64,000 bases of DNA from Candidatus Thorarchaeota archaeon (lineage in GTDB: Archaea; Asgardarchaeota; Thorarchaeia; Thorarchaeales; Thorarchaeaceae): the NCBI GenBank assembly GCA_019057475.1, contig DXJO01000010.1, positions 128,001 to 192,000 of the forward strand, in the 5' to 3' direction. Below the pieces are notes generated by a model. The model worked only from the letters and a program-made list of their open reading frames with translations, made no database searches and was not told where the DNA came from. Positions 10,447 through 20,981 of the stretch are shown here, piece by piece. Position numbers and translations under genes: made by a program. Position 1 is the stretch's first letter, and every line of letters starts with the position of its first letter.

Positions 10447-11484
10447 CTAGTGAGGATGTTTACTGCTGGCTCGTTTACGGCATTTCCCTGCTATAACTCC
10501 CGTGTCCCTAACCCATTGAATTGTCAGTTTAAGACCGGCGTTGATGTCAGTCTTAGGAATGTAGCCCAAGTCCTTTTTCGCCTTCTCAATACTTGCGAGG
10601 CTATCCCGCACATCACCTAGACGAGGTTCTCGAAACGTTTTCGTGGATTTGGATTCGGTTTCCTTGATAATCCTGTCAGCAAGGCTCTCAATGGTGGTTT
10701 GTGCCCCTCCACCAACATTGTATACATTTCCTTTTGACTGACTACTCTGGGCAGCCAAAAGATTGCACTCCACTATGTCATCAATGTACGTGAAATCTCT
10801 GGTTTGCTGACCATCGCCATCAATGAACAAGGGGCGATATCTCAACGCTTGAGAGATGAAGATGGCCATTACGCCTGCGTAGCTTCCGCCTCTTTGCCTT
10901 GGGCCATACACATTGAAATATCTCAGAGCACTGATGTTCATGTCATAGGTGGCACTGAAAACGAGCGCGATGCTCTCTTCTGCCAGCTTTGATGCGGCGT
11001 ACGGTGACATCGGATTCGTGTGCATATCCTCCGTCTTTGGTAAGGTAGTCGTGTCACCATAAACGGATGACGACGATGCCACTACTACTCTATCAACGTC
11101 TGCCTTACGACATTCATCCAAAACTACAGTAGTGCCCATCACATTCACATCAGTCACCAAGTGTGGATTATCGATGGAGAATGGTACACTTACTTTTGAT
11201 GCTTGATGGAAGACTAGTGACACGTCTCGAAGCGACTTCGCTACGTCGTTTCTGTTTCTGATGTCCCCTACGATTAGCTCGAACTCCCTCTTGTTCACCC
11301 ACTGAGCTATGTTCGACATGTCACCATTGCTCAAGTCATCCAGAACGCGCACAGAGGCTCCATTGCGCATGAGGAAGTCAACAATGTGAGACCCAATGAA
11401 TCCTGCGCCTCCAGTTACAAGGATGTGTGTTTCCTCAAAGCAACTAGCATCTATTACTACATTTGTCGGTTTCAAGCCAATCAA
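10447..11484 (-). CDS. NAD-dependent epimerase/dehydratase (GalE-like)
   Basis: VTGGAGFIGSH, ASSSSVYG, YAASK, LRYFNVYGPRQ, GDGQQTRDF. Confidence 0.92.
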   Translation of the reverse strand: MIGLKPTNVVIDASCFEETHILVTGGAGFIGSHIVDFLMRNGASVRVLDDLSNGDMSNIAQWVNKREFELIVGDIRNRNDVAKSLRDVSLVFHQASKVSVPFSIDNPHLVTDVNVMGTTVVLDECRKADVDRVVVASSSSVYGDTTTLPKTEDMHTNPMSPYAASKLAEESIALVFSATYDMNISALRYFNVYGPRQRGGSYAGVMAIFISQALRYRPLFIDGDGQQTRDFTYIDDIVECNLLAAQSSQSKGNVYNVGGGAQTTIESLADRIIKETESKSTKTFREPRLGDVRDSLASIEKAKKDLGYIPKTDINAGLKLTIQWVRDTGVIAGKCRKRASSKHPH

Positions 11485-11705
11485 TCCCCGTATCTAGCTC
11501 CTCCATTGACTTGGTCTTTATCCCTGACAGAAACCTAGTCGAATTCCCCATCTTTACTCACAGGCAAATCGTTATACATAGGTAACTTGAAGGATATCCC
11601 AAATGGGAGCAGATACTTAGGTCGAGGTCGATGACCCGCTTGCTAATAACGGTGTCTGGTCTACAATATCTTTCATCAAGGGAATAGTAGGTTTCAAGGA
11701 TAATT

Positions 11706-12858
11706 GTGTTGAGGGACATGTTCATGAAGGTCCTAATCACCCCACAGTGCTTCCCTCCTGATATGGGGGACGGGGCAACAAGAGCACACAGTGTCGCAGT
11801 GGGTCTTGTCAGGGCTGGATGTGAAGTCACCGTAGTTTCTGCAGCTCCACACTATCCAAGTGGAAACATTCCCATGAAGTATCGTTGGAATCCCTTGCGT
11901 ATCGAGTACGATAGTGAGATGAAAATCATCAGGGCTTTCGTCCCGCCAGTGGAATCAAGAGGATTCGCAAAGCGGGCAGTACTCTTCCTGTCATTTGTCC
12001 TCTCTTCGCTCTTTGCCATTCCCTTGGTCGGAACGGCTGATGTGGTCTTCGCAGCGAATCCTAACATCACAGTCATGTTTGCAGGATTGATCTACAGGAA
12101 TCTCAGCCGTTGTCCGCTTGTGCAGAATGTTGACAATCTCTGGCCTGAGGTTCTGTATGACTTGGGTGTAAGGCGAGGTTCGTTCATAGGTAGATTGGAC
12201 TAGTTGATGGCTAGGCTCGCGTATGGTTTGGCCTATGCCATAACATCGATTAGTCCCGCTTATGTTCATGTAATCAGAAGCAAATACGATATTGATTCGG
12301 GCAAAATACTCGTTGTGAAGGCTGGAGTATCTCATTCATGGGTTCTCGATGTTGAGAGAAACGGGAATCTCTGTCAATCTTGCTGTTGTTGGCTCACCTT
12401 CGCTGAATCAAATGGACTGTACGAAACGTATTCAGAAGCCTGTCATAGAACTTGACGTCGAGAATGACATGATTTTCACTGGACGAGTTGAGAACTCTTT
12501 GCTCCCCGGAGTTCTTAGTCAATTCGATGTGTTTGTGCATCCATCCAAGAGCGAAGGCACTCCAGTGAGCATTCTTGAGGCTATGGCCATGGAACTGCCG
12601 GTCGTGGCGACCGATGTGGGCGGGATTTCGGAACTCGTGGTGGATGGTGAAACTGGAATCATTGTTGAACCGATGAACTCTCCCTCAATCGCTTCAGCAA
12701 TCGCCTTTCTCTTGCAGAACCCTGCAGAGCGCACGAGAATGGGGCGGAGCGGCAGACAGAGAGTACTGGATTTATTCACCCGTGACAAGACAGTGACCGG
12801 ATACACTGAGGTCTATCACGAAACTGTGCGGAAACACCAGCACAGCAATCAAAACTAA
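11706..12858 (+). pseudogene. Disrupted GT4: WbuB-like N-terminus with in-frame TAG at 12201-12203, then frameshift/deletion into a GT4 C-terminus
   Basis: FPPDMG.GA.R, P.YP.G, LWPE in 11706-12203; the frame continues after the stop; PSKSEGTPVSILEAMA in 12349-12858. Confidence 0.78.
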
Positions 12859-12991
12859 TACTATACATCAATTTAAGGCGTTATGATAGGAATTAGGCTA
12901 AGGATGTGAGCCGAAATTTCAAAGGCACACCAGAGATATCGGGCTGTACATTCACTCAAGGTTTGTTAGCCCTTCATGAGAATAGAAGGAG

Positions 12992-14152
12992 ATGTTCCAC
13001 ACGCAGCGCAGGATTCGTATCTGTATTGTCGCCTTGTGTCCTGGACTCACTCCGATATCGGACCTCATTATGATCATGTCTAGGATTGCCCATGAGGTAT
13101 ACTTGGTCATTCCTGGGCTCCCGCGCAACATATTGCCGAATCTTTCCAACGTCAAGCATTTGACCGTTCCTCACAGAGTATCCTCTGGGCTCGTTTCGAG
13201 ACTGATGAATAGCATAATCACGCAATTTAGGGTGCTTCTTCAGGTCATGAAGATATCCAAGTCTGTAGACCTATACCTCTTCTCAATCAGTGGAGAAACA
13301 TTTCTTCTACCCTTGCTGGGTTTGAAATTCATGAGGCAATTAACGGCCTTCATGCCCGGGGGGAATGCAATAAGAGTTTCCAAGATTAATAACGATTTGC
13401 TTTCACTTCTTATCCCCTCTGTGGTTTATGCCGCTCTTGAATTGACACACCGTATCATTCTCTATTCATCGCATATGGCAAAGGAAGCGGTTTTCGCGAA
13501 ACACAAGAATAAGACGATATTCGCTCACAAGCACTTCATCAATTTCACTCGCTTTATGAGAGAGTATGACCTTTCCGAGAGACCAGAAACAGTTGGATTC
13601 ATCGGGCGCCTAAGCAGAGAGAAGGGAGTACTGAGCTTTGTTGACGCCATACCACAGGTACTTGACATAAGAGAATCTGTGAAGTTCCTGATTTGTGGCG
13701 ACGGATTATTGCTTGAGGAGGCTAAGATGCGCGTTGCGAAACGAGGGCTTGAATCATCTGTCAGGTTCACCGGGTGGGTATTTCGTCAACAGATTCCAGA
13801 CTTATTGAATTCTATGAAGTTGATGGTTCAACCGAGCCTAACCGAAGGGTTACCCAATAGCATCCTTGAGGCGATGGCCTGCGGAACGCCTGTTCTCGCT
13901 ACACCCGTCGGTGGCATTCCTGATCTGATTGTGGAGTCTGAAACCGGATTTTTCCTTCGTTCCAGGAATCCCGACCATATCGCGGAGAGAATCTGTTCGC
14001 TTCTTGGCAACACGGAACTGCTGGAGAATGTGAGCAATCGCGCCATGGACTTCGTTAATCAAGGCTTCTGCTTCTCGTATGTAGTTCAGAGTTGGCACAA
14101 CGTCCTTGCTCAGCTGGGTTTGAGAAACACTAAATCCCAAGGTGCTGAATAG
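12992..14152 (+). CDS. Glycosyltransferase family 4
   Basis: GFIGRLSREKG, PSLTEGLPNSILEAMACG. Confidence 0.9.
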   Translation: MFHTQRRIRICIVALCPGLTPISDLIMIMSRIAHEVYLVIPGLPRNILPNLSNVKHLTVPHRVSSGLVSRLMNSIITQFRVLLQVMKISKSVDLYLFSISGETFLLPLLGLKFMRQLTAFMPGGNAIRVSKINNDLLSLLIPSVVYAALELTHRIILYSSHMAKEAVFAKHKNKTIFAHKHFINFTRFMREYDLSERPETVGFIGRLSREKGVLSFVDAIPQVLDIRESVKFLICGDGLLLEEAKMRVAKRGLESSVRFTGWVFRQQIPDLLNSMKLMVQPSLTEGLPNSILEAMACGTPVLATPVGGIPDLIVESETGFFLRSRNPDHIAERICSLLGNTELLENVSNRAMDFVNQGFCFSYVVQSWHNVLAQLGLRNTKSQGAE

Positions 14153-14235
14153 CCTACTCAGCTCTGGATGTTCCTACCCTTTTCAACACTACGATTCTGC
14201 TCGCCAAACACAACTCTGGAGATCGGCCCGAGAAT

Positions 14236-14577
14236 GTCGGAAAACTCCTTGCGGCCAAGAATGCTCAGAAGGATCCAGACTTCATGGTGATTGCTAGAGT
14301 AGAAGCCCTCATCGCAGGATGAGGCATGGATGAAGATCTCACTAGGTTTCGCGAGTATGAACGAGCTGGGGCTGACACAATACTAATCCACCACAAGGAC
14401 TCAGACCCTTCCCCCATTCCGAAACTCATCAAGAAATGGAATGGTGGAGAGCCGCTTGTTCTTGTGCCAACCAAGTATCCATCATTCAACGAGAATCAGA
14501 TGAAATGGTCAGGAAGGGTGGGGATGGTAATCTATGCTAACCGTAGCATCAATCATTCCAGTTCCAGGCGGAATTGA
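14236..14577 (+). pseudogene. pepM: Phosphoenolpyruvate mutase remnant (phosphonate biosynthesis)
   Basis: In frame: VGKLLAAKNAQKDPDFMVIARVEALIAG*GMDE.L.R..EY..AGADTILIH...W....PLVLVPTKY...VGMVIYAN, matching the PEP mutase C-terminal half; TGA at 14320-14322 replaces the usual Trp. Confidence 0.8.
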
Positions 14578-14649
14578 AAACAGCATGCAAATATGAGCCA
14601 CAAGTAGATGGTATCCAAGTGGATATGTCAGTGCAGTTGAATCATATGG

Positions 14650-14880
14650 TTAGTAATCAGTCGGAAGTCTTTGATGTTCTATAATTGTTGAGATGTAGCG
14701 ACCATGATACTGCTTCACAAAGAGGTCCGTGTTGTCAGGCACCGTTTGCACCCGTGCCCAACCATACTCCTGCCTGAATATGCCTGAAACAGGATCATTC
14801 ACTTCTATCTTGAAGCCGTGAATGTCATAGTACTCCATTTTTCGGCACTGTTCCAAAAGCGAAGAGAACTTGGAGGTCAT
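14650..14880 (-). pseudogene. Short hypothetical ORF, probably a gene fragment
   Basis: Protein-like stretch MEYYDIHGFKIEV..; no family recognised. Confidence 0.3.
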
Positions 14881-14956
14881 TTTACTCTATCGCATGGCAA
14901 AAATGATTTGCTTTGATGAGTGTTTTAAAACTCATCTCAAATACAACTTCGATTCA

Positions 14957-16183
14957 TCAATTCCCCAGCACGCTGCGGTAGACGCCTAGCGTGATTCCAG
15001 CGACCTTGTTGATTGAATACCTCTGTTCAACGACTTGTTTCGCTCTGCGCCCCATTTTCTCAGCGGAATCCGGAGAGGATAAGACCTGATTCAGCAGATC
15101 CGTTAGGTCTTGAACTGCCCCTGCTGGAAACACTAGGCCAGTCGAGCCGGTTTCTATCAAGTCGGGGATGACTCCTACATCCGAGCCAATAACGGGAAGG
15201 GAGCAAGCATAGGCTTCAAGGATTGTCAGTGGAAACGTTTCATACCATGATGGCAAAACGAACACATTGGCATCCACAAAAGCTGCCTTCTTGTCCATTC
15301 CGTATAGCGGACCGGTGAATGTAACATGTTCCTGCACACCATTGGAAACTGCCAAGGACCGCAGATAATCTTGAAAGCCATAGTCCGGACCTGCAATCAC
15401 AAGGTGTGAACTGAGCCCGGATTTAATTGAACGCGAGTACGCCAGCAAAAGGGTGTCAAGTCCTTTTATTTCATGGATGCGCCCCAAGAAAAGCACAATA
15501 CTCGTTTCAGTATCAATGCCATACTTGGACCGGAATGTTCCTCGAGTGGGCATGATTTCGAAGTCTGCTAGATCAATACCATTTGGAACTACTTCAACTC
15601 GATTTGGCAGAAGTTCGAATCGTTGACACTGTTTCACTTCCTCATCGCAAAGGGCAAGCACCCGAGCCGCGTCACGTAGCATTGATGTTCCAAGAAGGTT
15701 GTCATATACAAGTTTCAAATTCTGGTGCCCGGCAATTCTTGGAAGGGAACCATGGGGTTGAACTACGAATGGAACACCATAATTGCGTGCAAGCCTATGA
15801 ACTACTACGTTCTGAAATGACCTATACCCATGAAGGTGTATTATGTCGAAATTCCGTAGATTTCGCGTGGCATGTGAAACCAACCCCGGTGTAATAAAGA
15901 GCCCAAGAATAGGCTGATGCAAGTGGTTCCTGAAATAGTGAACTTGCATGCTGCCTAGGTTGATATTGTTTCTCTGTTTCGGTATTCCCGCATCTGTAGT
16001 GTAGATCTCGACATCGTGGCTCTTACTTTGCTCCCTCGCCATCAAGTATGCGGCCATGGGAACTCCCCCATAACACAAAGCGGGAGGGAAATACGATACA
16101 ACATGCAGTATCTTCATCTTGTCCTCAAGGTGGGCGTTGGGCATCGCCCCTTTTCCATGTTCTGATGATGAGGGTCCAGCCAA
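14957..16183 (-). CDS. Glycosyltransferase family 4
   Basis: MKILHVVSYFPP..GG, FLGRIHEIKG, LPSWYETFPLTILEA. Confidence 0.92.
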   Translation of the reverse strand: MAGPSSSEHGKGAMPNAHLEDKMKILHVVSYFPPALCYGGVPMAAYLMAREQSKSHDVEIYTTDAGIPKQRNNINLGSMQVHYFRNHLHQPILGLFITPGLVSHATRNLRNFDIIHLHGYRSFQNVVVHRLARNYGVPFVVQPHGSLPRIAGHQNLKLVYDNLLGTSMLRDAARVLALCDEEVKQCQRFELLPNRVEVVPNGIDLADFEIMPTRGTFRSKYGIDTETSIVLFLGRIHEIKGLDTLLLAYSRSIKSGLSSHLVIAGPDYGFQDYLRSLAVSNGVQEHVTFTGPLYGMDKKAAFVDANVFVLPSWYETFPLTILEAYACSLPVIGSDVGVIPDLIETGSTGLVFPAGAVQDLTDLLNQVLSSPDSAEKMGRRAKQVVEQRYSINKVAGITLGVYRSVLGN

Positions 16184-16318
16184 ACTTCAACTGAGAACAC
16201 TCTAGATCTGATTAGCCAGTAACAGTATCTAGATTCTGAAGTAGTGGAAATATCACTCAATGAATCTCCTTAGTCACAAGCCTCGTGCATTGGAACAAGT
16301 GTATGAAGGAATGTATCT

Positions 16319-17344
16319 CTACACAACATAGGATCTCAGGTCTGTTTTTTCCTCTGGAGTTCTAATGACACTAACAGCTTCTCGGATTGCACTTGTGAAT
16401 GGCGATTGAAAGATGATTCTGGCTAGCAGGCCTGAGTGGAATGGTATCAGTGAGAGGTAATCCAGAACAGTTCTTGTAAAGCGGAATGAGTGACGAAACA
16501 ATCTCCAGTCGACGTTCATGGTCACCGCGTCAAGGTTCGTAGTACCAAGACCCACATCCTCGGCCTTTCTGATGTGGCCGATACTTCGTGGTTTGAAACC
16601 CATAATGCTCGTCCCTAGGGTGTCGGCAACCACAGAGTTGTTCGCGACAAGTAACAGATTCATCTTCACAGGTGTTCCAAACATCGGGCCATGGCCATCA
16701 AGAGCATATGTTCCGTCCACAACACAGATTGATGGCTTCCAGAGTTTCGTCAGGAGCGCAAGTTTTTCGTCAAGGTTATTATGGTACAAACATCTCATCG
16801 GGTCAGGGTAACAACCCCAAAGGTTCTTGATGCTGATGGTTACAGAGGTCATTGCATGGACCTTGAGAACCGGAACGTTCACGAAGCAATCGACTTGGCT
16901 CTGAAGTAGCTTGGGTATTTCCACTTTGACTCTCTTGGAACCCACCTTTTCTGAGATGAACTTGGTTGGCTCATTGGAGAGGTTAACAAGTTCTACTCCT
17001 AGATCCTTACAGATGGCATCCATCCCATGACCGCTGAACGCCTCCTCAGCTGTGAAGACGTTATTACCCCCATTCGATTCCACAACTGTTACTCCAGACG
17101 CTCTATTACACAATCTCGTCAAGAGCTGCTCCAGCAGAGCGGGGGTTGTTGTAACTCCTTCCTTGTAGCAGGGAAACGTGAAGTTGGGTTTCACAAAGAC
17201 GTGGTCATCACGTCCTACGATGTCTTTCCATCTGATATAATCGAGTCCGTTGGGGACGTTCCTATACACGTTCTCTGACTGAGCGATGTACGCCTTGAGT
17301 TCGGAACCTTCATGTGGGGTCATTATGAAGTAGCCTCTATCCAT
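16319..17344 (-). CDS. DUF362-family Fe-S protein
   Basis: VFVKPN, TTTP, NVPVLKVH..T.VT.SIKNLWG, H, VVDG...GP..G. Confidence 0.85.
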   Translation of the reverse strand: MDRGYFIMTPHEGSELKAYIAQSENVYRNVPNGLDYIRWKDIVGRDDHVFVKPNFTFPCYKEGVTTTPALLEQLLTRLCNRASGVTVVESNGGNNVFTAEEAFSGHGMDAICKDLGVELVNLSNEPTKFISEKVGSKRVKVEIPKLLQSQVDCFVNVPVLKVHAMTSVTISIKNLWGCYPDPMRCLYHNNLDEKLALLTKLWKPSICVVDGTYALDGHGPMFGTPVKMNLLLVANNSVVADTLGTSIMGFKPRSIGHIRKAEDVGLGTTNLDAVTMNVDWRLFRHSFRFTRTVLDYLSLIPFHSGLLARIIFQSPFTSAIREAVSVIRTPEEKTDLRSYVV

Positions 17345-17492
17345 TCTTGTCTGGGCCGTGTTTTAAGCTTCCTGAATGATGGCAGGTTCTTATGCTGGTT
17401 CGGTGTTTTTCGATACTAGCGCCTGAAGTACGCCGAAGAACATACCGGTAATCTCATCCTATTCCAGTGATTCTGAGAACCTCAGTGCTGCA

Positions 17493-17663
17493 TCAGAGAG
17501 TTCTTGGAACTGTTTCCGAGTCACCATAGACTGTTCCACCTGAAGACGCAAACATGACACTATTAATGCTACTCTTGCGCATTGATTCTAAGAAAGTCAT
17601 CCCACCAACCGTGTTGATCTCGAAATCGAACTTGGGCTTCTTCGTGCTCAGTTTCGCATCCGG
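17493..17663 (-). pseudogene. Internal fragment of NAD-dependent epimerase
   Basis: Manual translation PDAKLSTKKPKFDFEINTVGGMTFLESMRKSSINSVMFASSGGTVYGD. Confidence 0.75.
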
Positions 17664-17780
17664 CTCCCTGCGAGCTTGTAGTTCCGGTGCCCTATGATCT
17701 TGGAAAAGATCTACAACTCAGCTTCTATGCCTGATGAGCCTAGAAAGAATAGATTCCAACTTGGGGCCGATACACTTGAG
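17652..17780. repeat. Direct repeat copy 1 (3' end of the 27289-28548 GT plus downstream DNA)
   Basis: Colinear, high-identity match to 27223-27351. Confidence 0.92.
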
Positions 17781-18032
17781 GTGACGTACCACTCTTGATG
17801 GTATTCCTCCTCGGACCTTGTTGATTTGAGGGAGTGATTACTAACTACGAGAGCGAGTGCTCTCCCAACCATTCAGTCGCGAAGACTATAACCTATCAGG
17901 ATTTGATGCACAGAAGATACAATGCTTCGGAGATTCAGATCGCAGACGATGGTGTGTATTCCATCCTGAAACTGGAGCTTGGAGTTCCAGCTCTGCACGA
18001 CCACTGCAAGAGTCATACACGCTTTTGCTGTA

Positions 18033-19535
18033 CTAGTCTCCGAACATGAGGTTGAGAGCTGGGCTGGCATAAGCGTAGAATCTTCCAACAGTTTCCTCTG
18101 ACAGGATTGAACGGGCTATCTCATCGATGTCATTCCTAGTGATGATTCCCAGTCGCCCATAGCCCCCAACGGTCGCAAGAAGAAGCACCGGCACGCCAAC
18201 AAGCCAATGGATGTTGAACATAACCAGTATCATTGCAATAGACCCAGGAACCAATATCGTCTTGACGTACATACCCCAATCCAACCGATATCCGGTTCTG
18301 CGGCTGGATACAACCACAGCCAGGATCGCTATTGCAGGACCTAGTGAGTAGGAAATCGAGGCTCCTAATCCGGATATTGCGACAACTAGAGGGAAGTACA
18401 GGATAATTCGTCCAAGGTTCAACGAAACCCCTATTCCTGTCACATGTTGGTATTTGCCGGTTGCGTAGACATAGCTATTGTATCCCACCACGATAGGCGT
18501 AAGTAGGGCACCAAGCACCAGGATTTGCAGCATGAGTGACGCTGGTAAGTAATCCGGACCAAGCAGTAAGAATGGAAGGTATGAATAAACAGCTAATGTG
18601 CATGCCAGAGGTGCTGTTGCAACAAGCGAAAGCCGAATAGCTTGAGATATGGCTTGCTTTCGCCCGTGTTGCATACCACTAAGCAACGGGAACATCAACG
18701 CAAGCCCTCTTGTGGGCAAGACGTAGACGATTTGTCCTACCGCGAAAGCAAGATAGTATAACCCCGTTTCGCCGCTCCCGATAATGCTGAATACGATGAG
18801 AACGCCTACGGAGTTCCCGAGGGTTGCCAGAAGGCGCGGAATCCATGCCGCATATCCAGTCAGTACCAGATTCTTGAGACTGTCTAGGGTGGGCTTGAAC
18901 ATTGCCTTGGACGAGAAGACCCGTGTGCTGTAGAATAGGAAGACTGCATCAACAGTAATAAATCCCATAATGAAACCGGAAATTGCACCCCAGAACCCTA
19001 GCCCAAGATTGAGAAGCATAAGGCCTATAACGATTTTTAGTGTAGATGATGCTATCAATGACTTGGCAATTACCTCAGTTCTCATCGTAGCGATGAACAG
19101 AGAGTGAAAGAGAGGGCTCCATGATGTTAAGATGAGGATTAGTGCAATCAGGATAAGCTCAATTGCACTCAAACCCAAGAATCCTGTGCTTGTCAAGGAT
19201 CCCACAAGAATCGTGATGCTCACCAGAATATGGATAACAACCAGGTAGACTAGTCCGGTGCCGAAGTATGTGCTAATACTCTCTTCGTCACCTTTAGCAT
19301 AGATCATCCCTATGAAACGTTGTAGACCGGCAGGAATTCCTATTGAGAACAGCATTACCAATACACTTTGCAATGCCAGAATAACTGCAATGGATCCAAT
19401 AACGCTAGGTGACACGTATGCCGATACGACTATCCAGTACACATACCCCGCTGCATTTGAAACTATCGTCCCGATCAACAGCCAAAGACTGCTTCTGAAT
19501 ACCTCACCCAACTTCAGTTCATCTGTCACCTCCAA
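18033..19535 (-). CDS. Polysaccharide flippase (Wzx/MOP family)
   Basis: Multi-TM protein; GIPAGLQRF and MFPLLS motifs. Confidence 0.87.
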   Translation of the reverse strand: MEVTDELKLGEVFRSSLWLLIGTIVSNAAGYVYWIVVSAYVSPSVIGSIAVILALQSVLVMLFSIGIPAGLQRFIGMIYAKGDEESISTYFGTGLVYLVVIHILVSITILVGSLTSTGFLGLSAIELILIALILILTSWSPLFHSLFIATMRTEVIAKSLIASSTLKIVIGLMLLNLGLGFWGAISGFIMGFITVDAVFLFYSTRVFSSKAMFKPTLDSLKNLVLTGYAAWIPRLLATLGNSVGVLIVFSIIGSGETGLYYLAFAVGQIVYVLPTRGLALMFPLLSGMQHGRKQAISQAIRLSLVATAPLACTLAVYSYLPFLLLGPDYLPASLMLQILVLGALLTPIVVGYNSYVYATGKYQHVTGIGVSLNLGRIILYFPLVVAISGLGASISYSLGPAIAILAVVVSSRRTGYRLDWGMYVKTILVPGSIAMILVMFNIHWLVGVPVLLLATVGGYGRLGIITRNDIDEIARSILSEETVGRFYAYASPALNLMFGD

Positions 19536-19658
19536 TGACTTCTGGGATAATCGAGTGGCTGATGAATCGCGGTTGATTCAATAGCAAATCCCGCTGAAGA
19601 TGGGTCAGACTGCCAGGCCTATCAGGCATTGTCGGTGCTATGCCTTGAATGGATCTGA

Positions 19659-20972
19659 CTATTTCAGGAACCTCCTGAAAAAGGAAATTATGCGCTTTGA
19701 AACGAGAAACATCTTCAAAAATATCCAGAGCGCCCCCCTAGATGCAAGAGCTCTACCAACATAGAGATCGATCGCCAATAGGTAGGATTCTATGCCGGGG
19801 AGAGGAAATGCCTGTTTCTGTTCGACTATCGGGAACTTTTTCTGGAAGATACGGGAAATTCTCTTCCGACTAATGACTTTCTCAGGTTTCTTCGCTAAAC
19901 CCGGCTGCAAACTTCCTATGATGTCTTTCGCTAAAGGAGTTGCGTGGATTCTGTACGCTCTTTTTGCGTCCCTCACTAGGGACTCACCAAGAGCCGTTCG
20001 TGTAATCATAAGCGAATTGCCCATTCCGACAAGTTGTTGCGATGACCACATATCACCACACGAAACATCCGAGAACTCGTTGAACCCCTGTGTACAGATT
20101 GTGCATCTGAAAGGGAAGAAGTACTCAGTAACTCCTTGCCAATATTGGGGGTAAGATCGGGTCATTCGCCTTCTATTCTCTTGATTCCTTCTTTCGAGAA
20201 GTAAACGACCTGGCCACCCTCCTCCTCTATATTCGATTCTGGACAACGATTCAAGATCAAAGCCATAAAGGTGGAGGAGATAACGAGTGCCGAGGTATGT
20301 TGGAGCTCCTCCACAAAGTAATCCGATAATAAAAACAAGGCCTTTCTTATAGACTGGATTAATTTCTGTGAGCCTTCTGATGGCATATGCTTGACAAGGA
20401 AGAGCTACAACTCCAAATCGATTATTGGGGCCAAGCCGTTTCAGACCTTCTGCGAATGACACAGGACAGTACTTCGAGCCGGCAGCCAATGACACCTCCT
20501 TGGACGTGCGGGCCAAGAATGTTCTAGCATATGGCAGCCTATCGACCTCCAGTCGTGTTAGGACTGCCGAATCGATTATCCCTTTCTCGAATGCGAATTG
20601 CACCAGAGCAGTGACTATACCACCTGAGGATGATGAGTTGGCAATTGACTTATTCGTCGTGCTACCAGAATACGCATTGATGTGGTTGCCTAGCAGACCT
20701 GCGTTTTCTGAAACCAATCGCCCACTTGATTCCTGTTGGGCTACACCATAGCCGAAACAAACTTGGAGACACTTTTGACACAGTAGGCATGAATCCCTAT
20801 CTACTGACGGTATTGGAAGTCCCTTTGCAGAGTTGTATGTCATTCTTATCGAGTGGTTTGGGCAGGCTACTTCACATACTCCACAGCCCATGCAGAGGTT
20901 GTGATAGACTACATACTCGATGTTTCTCATCTCAACCATTTTGGATCCCACCGGCAGATCACCGTGATACAC
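19659..20972 (-). CDS. Coenzyme F420 hydrogenase/dehydrogenase beta-subunit (FrhB) family protein with N-terminal ferredoxin
   Basis: CMGCGVCEVACP and CLLCQKCLQVC; SSSGGIVT, GSKYCP, LPCQ, GLLCG, YRGGGWPG, RCTIC, SDVSCGDMW. Confidence 0.88.
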   Translation of the reverse strand: MYHGDLPVGSKMVEMRNIEYVVYHNLCMGCGVCEVACPNHSIRMTYNSAKGLPIPSVDRDSCLLCQKCLQVCFGYGVAQQESSGRLVSENAGLLGNHINAYSGSTTNKSIANSSSSGGIVTALVQFAFEKGIIDSAVLTRLEVDRLPYARTFLARTSKEVSLAAGSKYCPVSFAEGLKRLGPNNRFGVVALPCQAYAIRRLTEINPVYKKGLVFIIGLLCGGAPTYLGTRYLLHLYGFDLESLSRIEYRGGGWPGRLLLERRNQENRRRMTRSYPQYWQGVTEYFFPFRCTICTQGFNEFSDVSCGDMWSSQQLVGMGNSLMITRTALGESLVRDAKRAYRIHATPLAKDIIGSLQPGLAKKPEKVISRKRISRIFQKKFPIVEQKQAFPLPGIESYLLAIDLYVGRALASRGALWIFLKMFLVSKRIISFFRRFLK

Positions 20973-20981
20973 GTTTCAAAC

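Noticed and set aside
14320-14322. TGA recoding (Sec/Trp) in pepM or the larA remnant
   Set aside because: Both lie in truncated fragments, and TGA is a normal stop elsewhere in the window.
17672-17720. Integron attC site in the repeated hairpin
   Set aside because: Lacks the RYYYAAC...GTTRRRY arrangement, and no integrase is present.
17730-17750. Hammerhead-like CTGATGAG...GAAA (also at ~27302)
   Set aside because: No viable stems II/III; the sequence is explained as the antisense strand of GT coding DNA.
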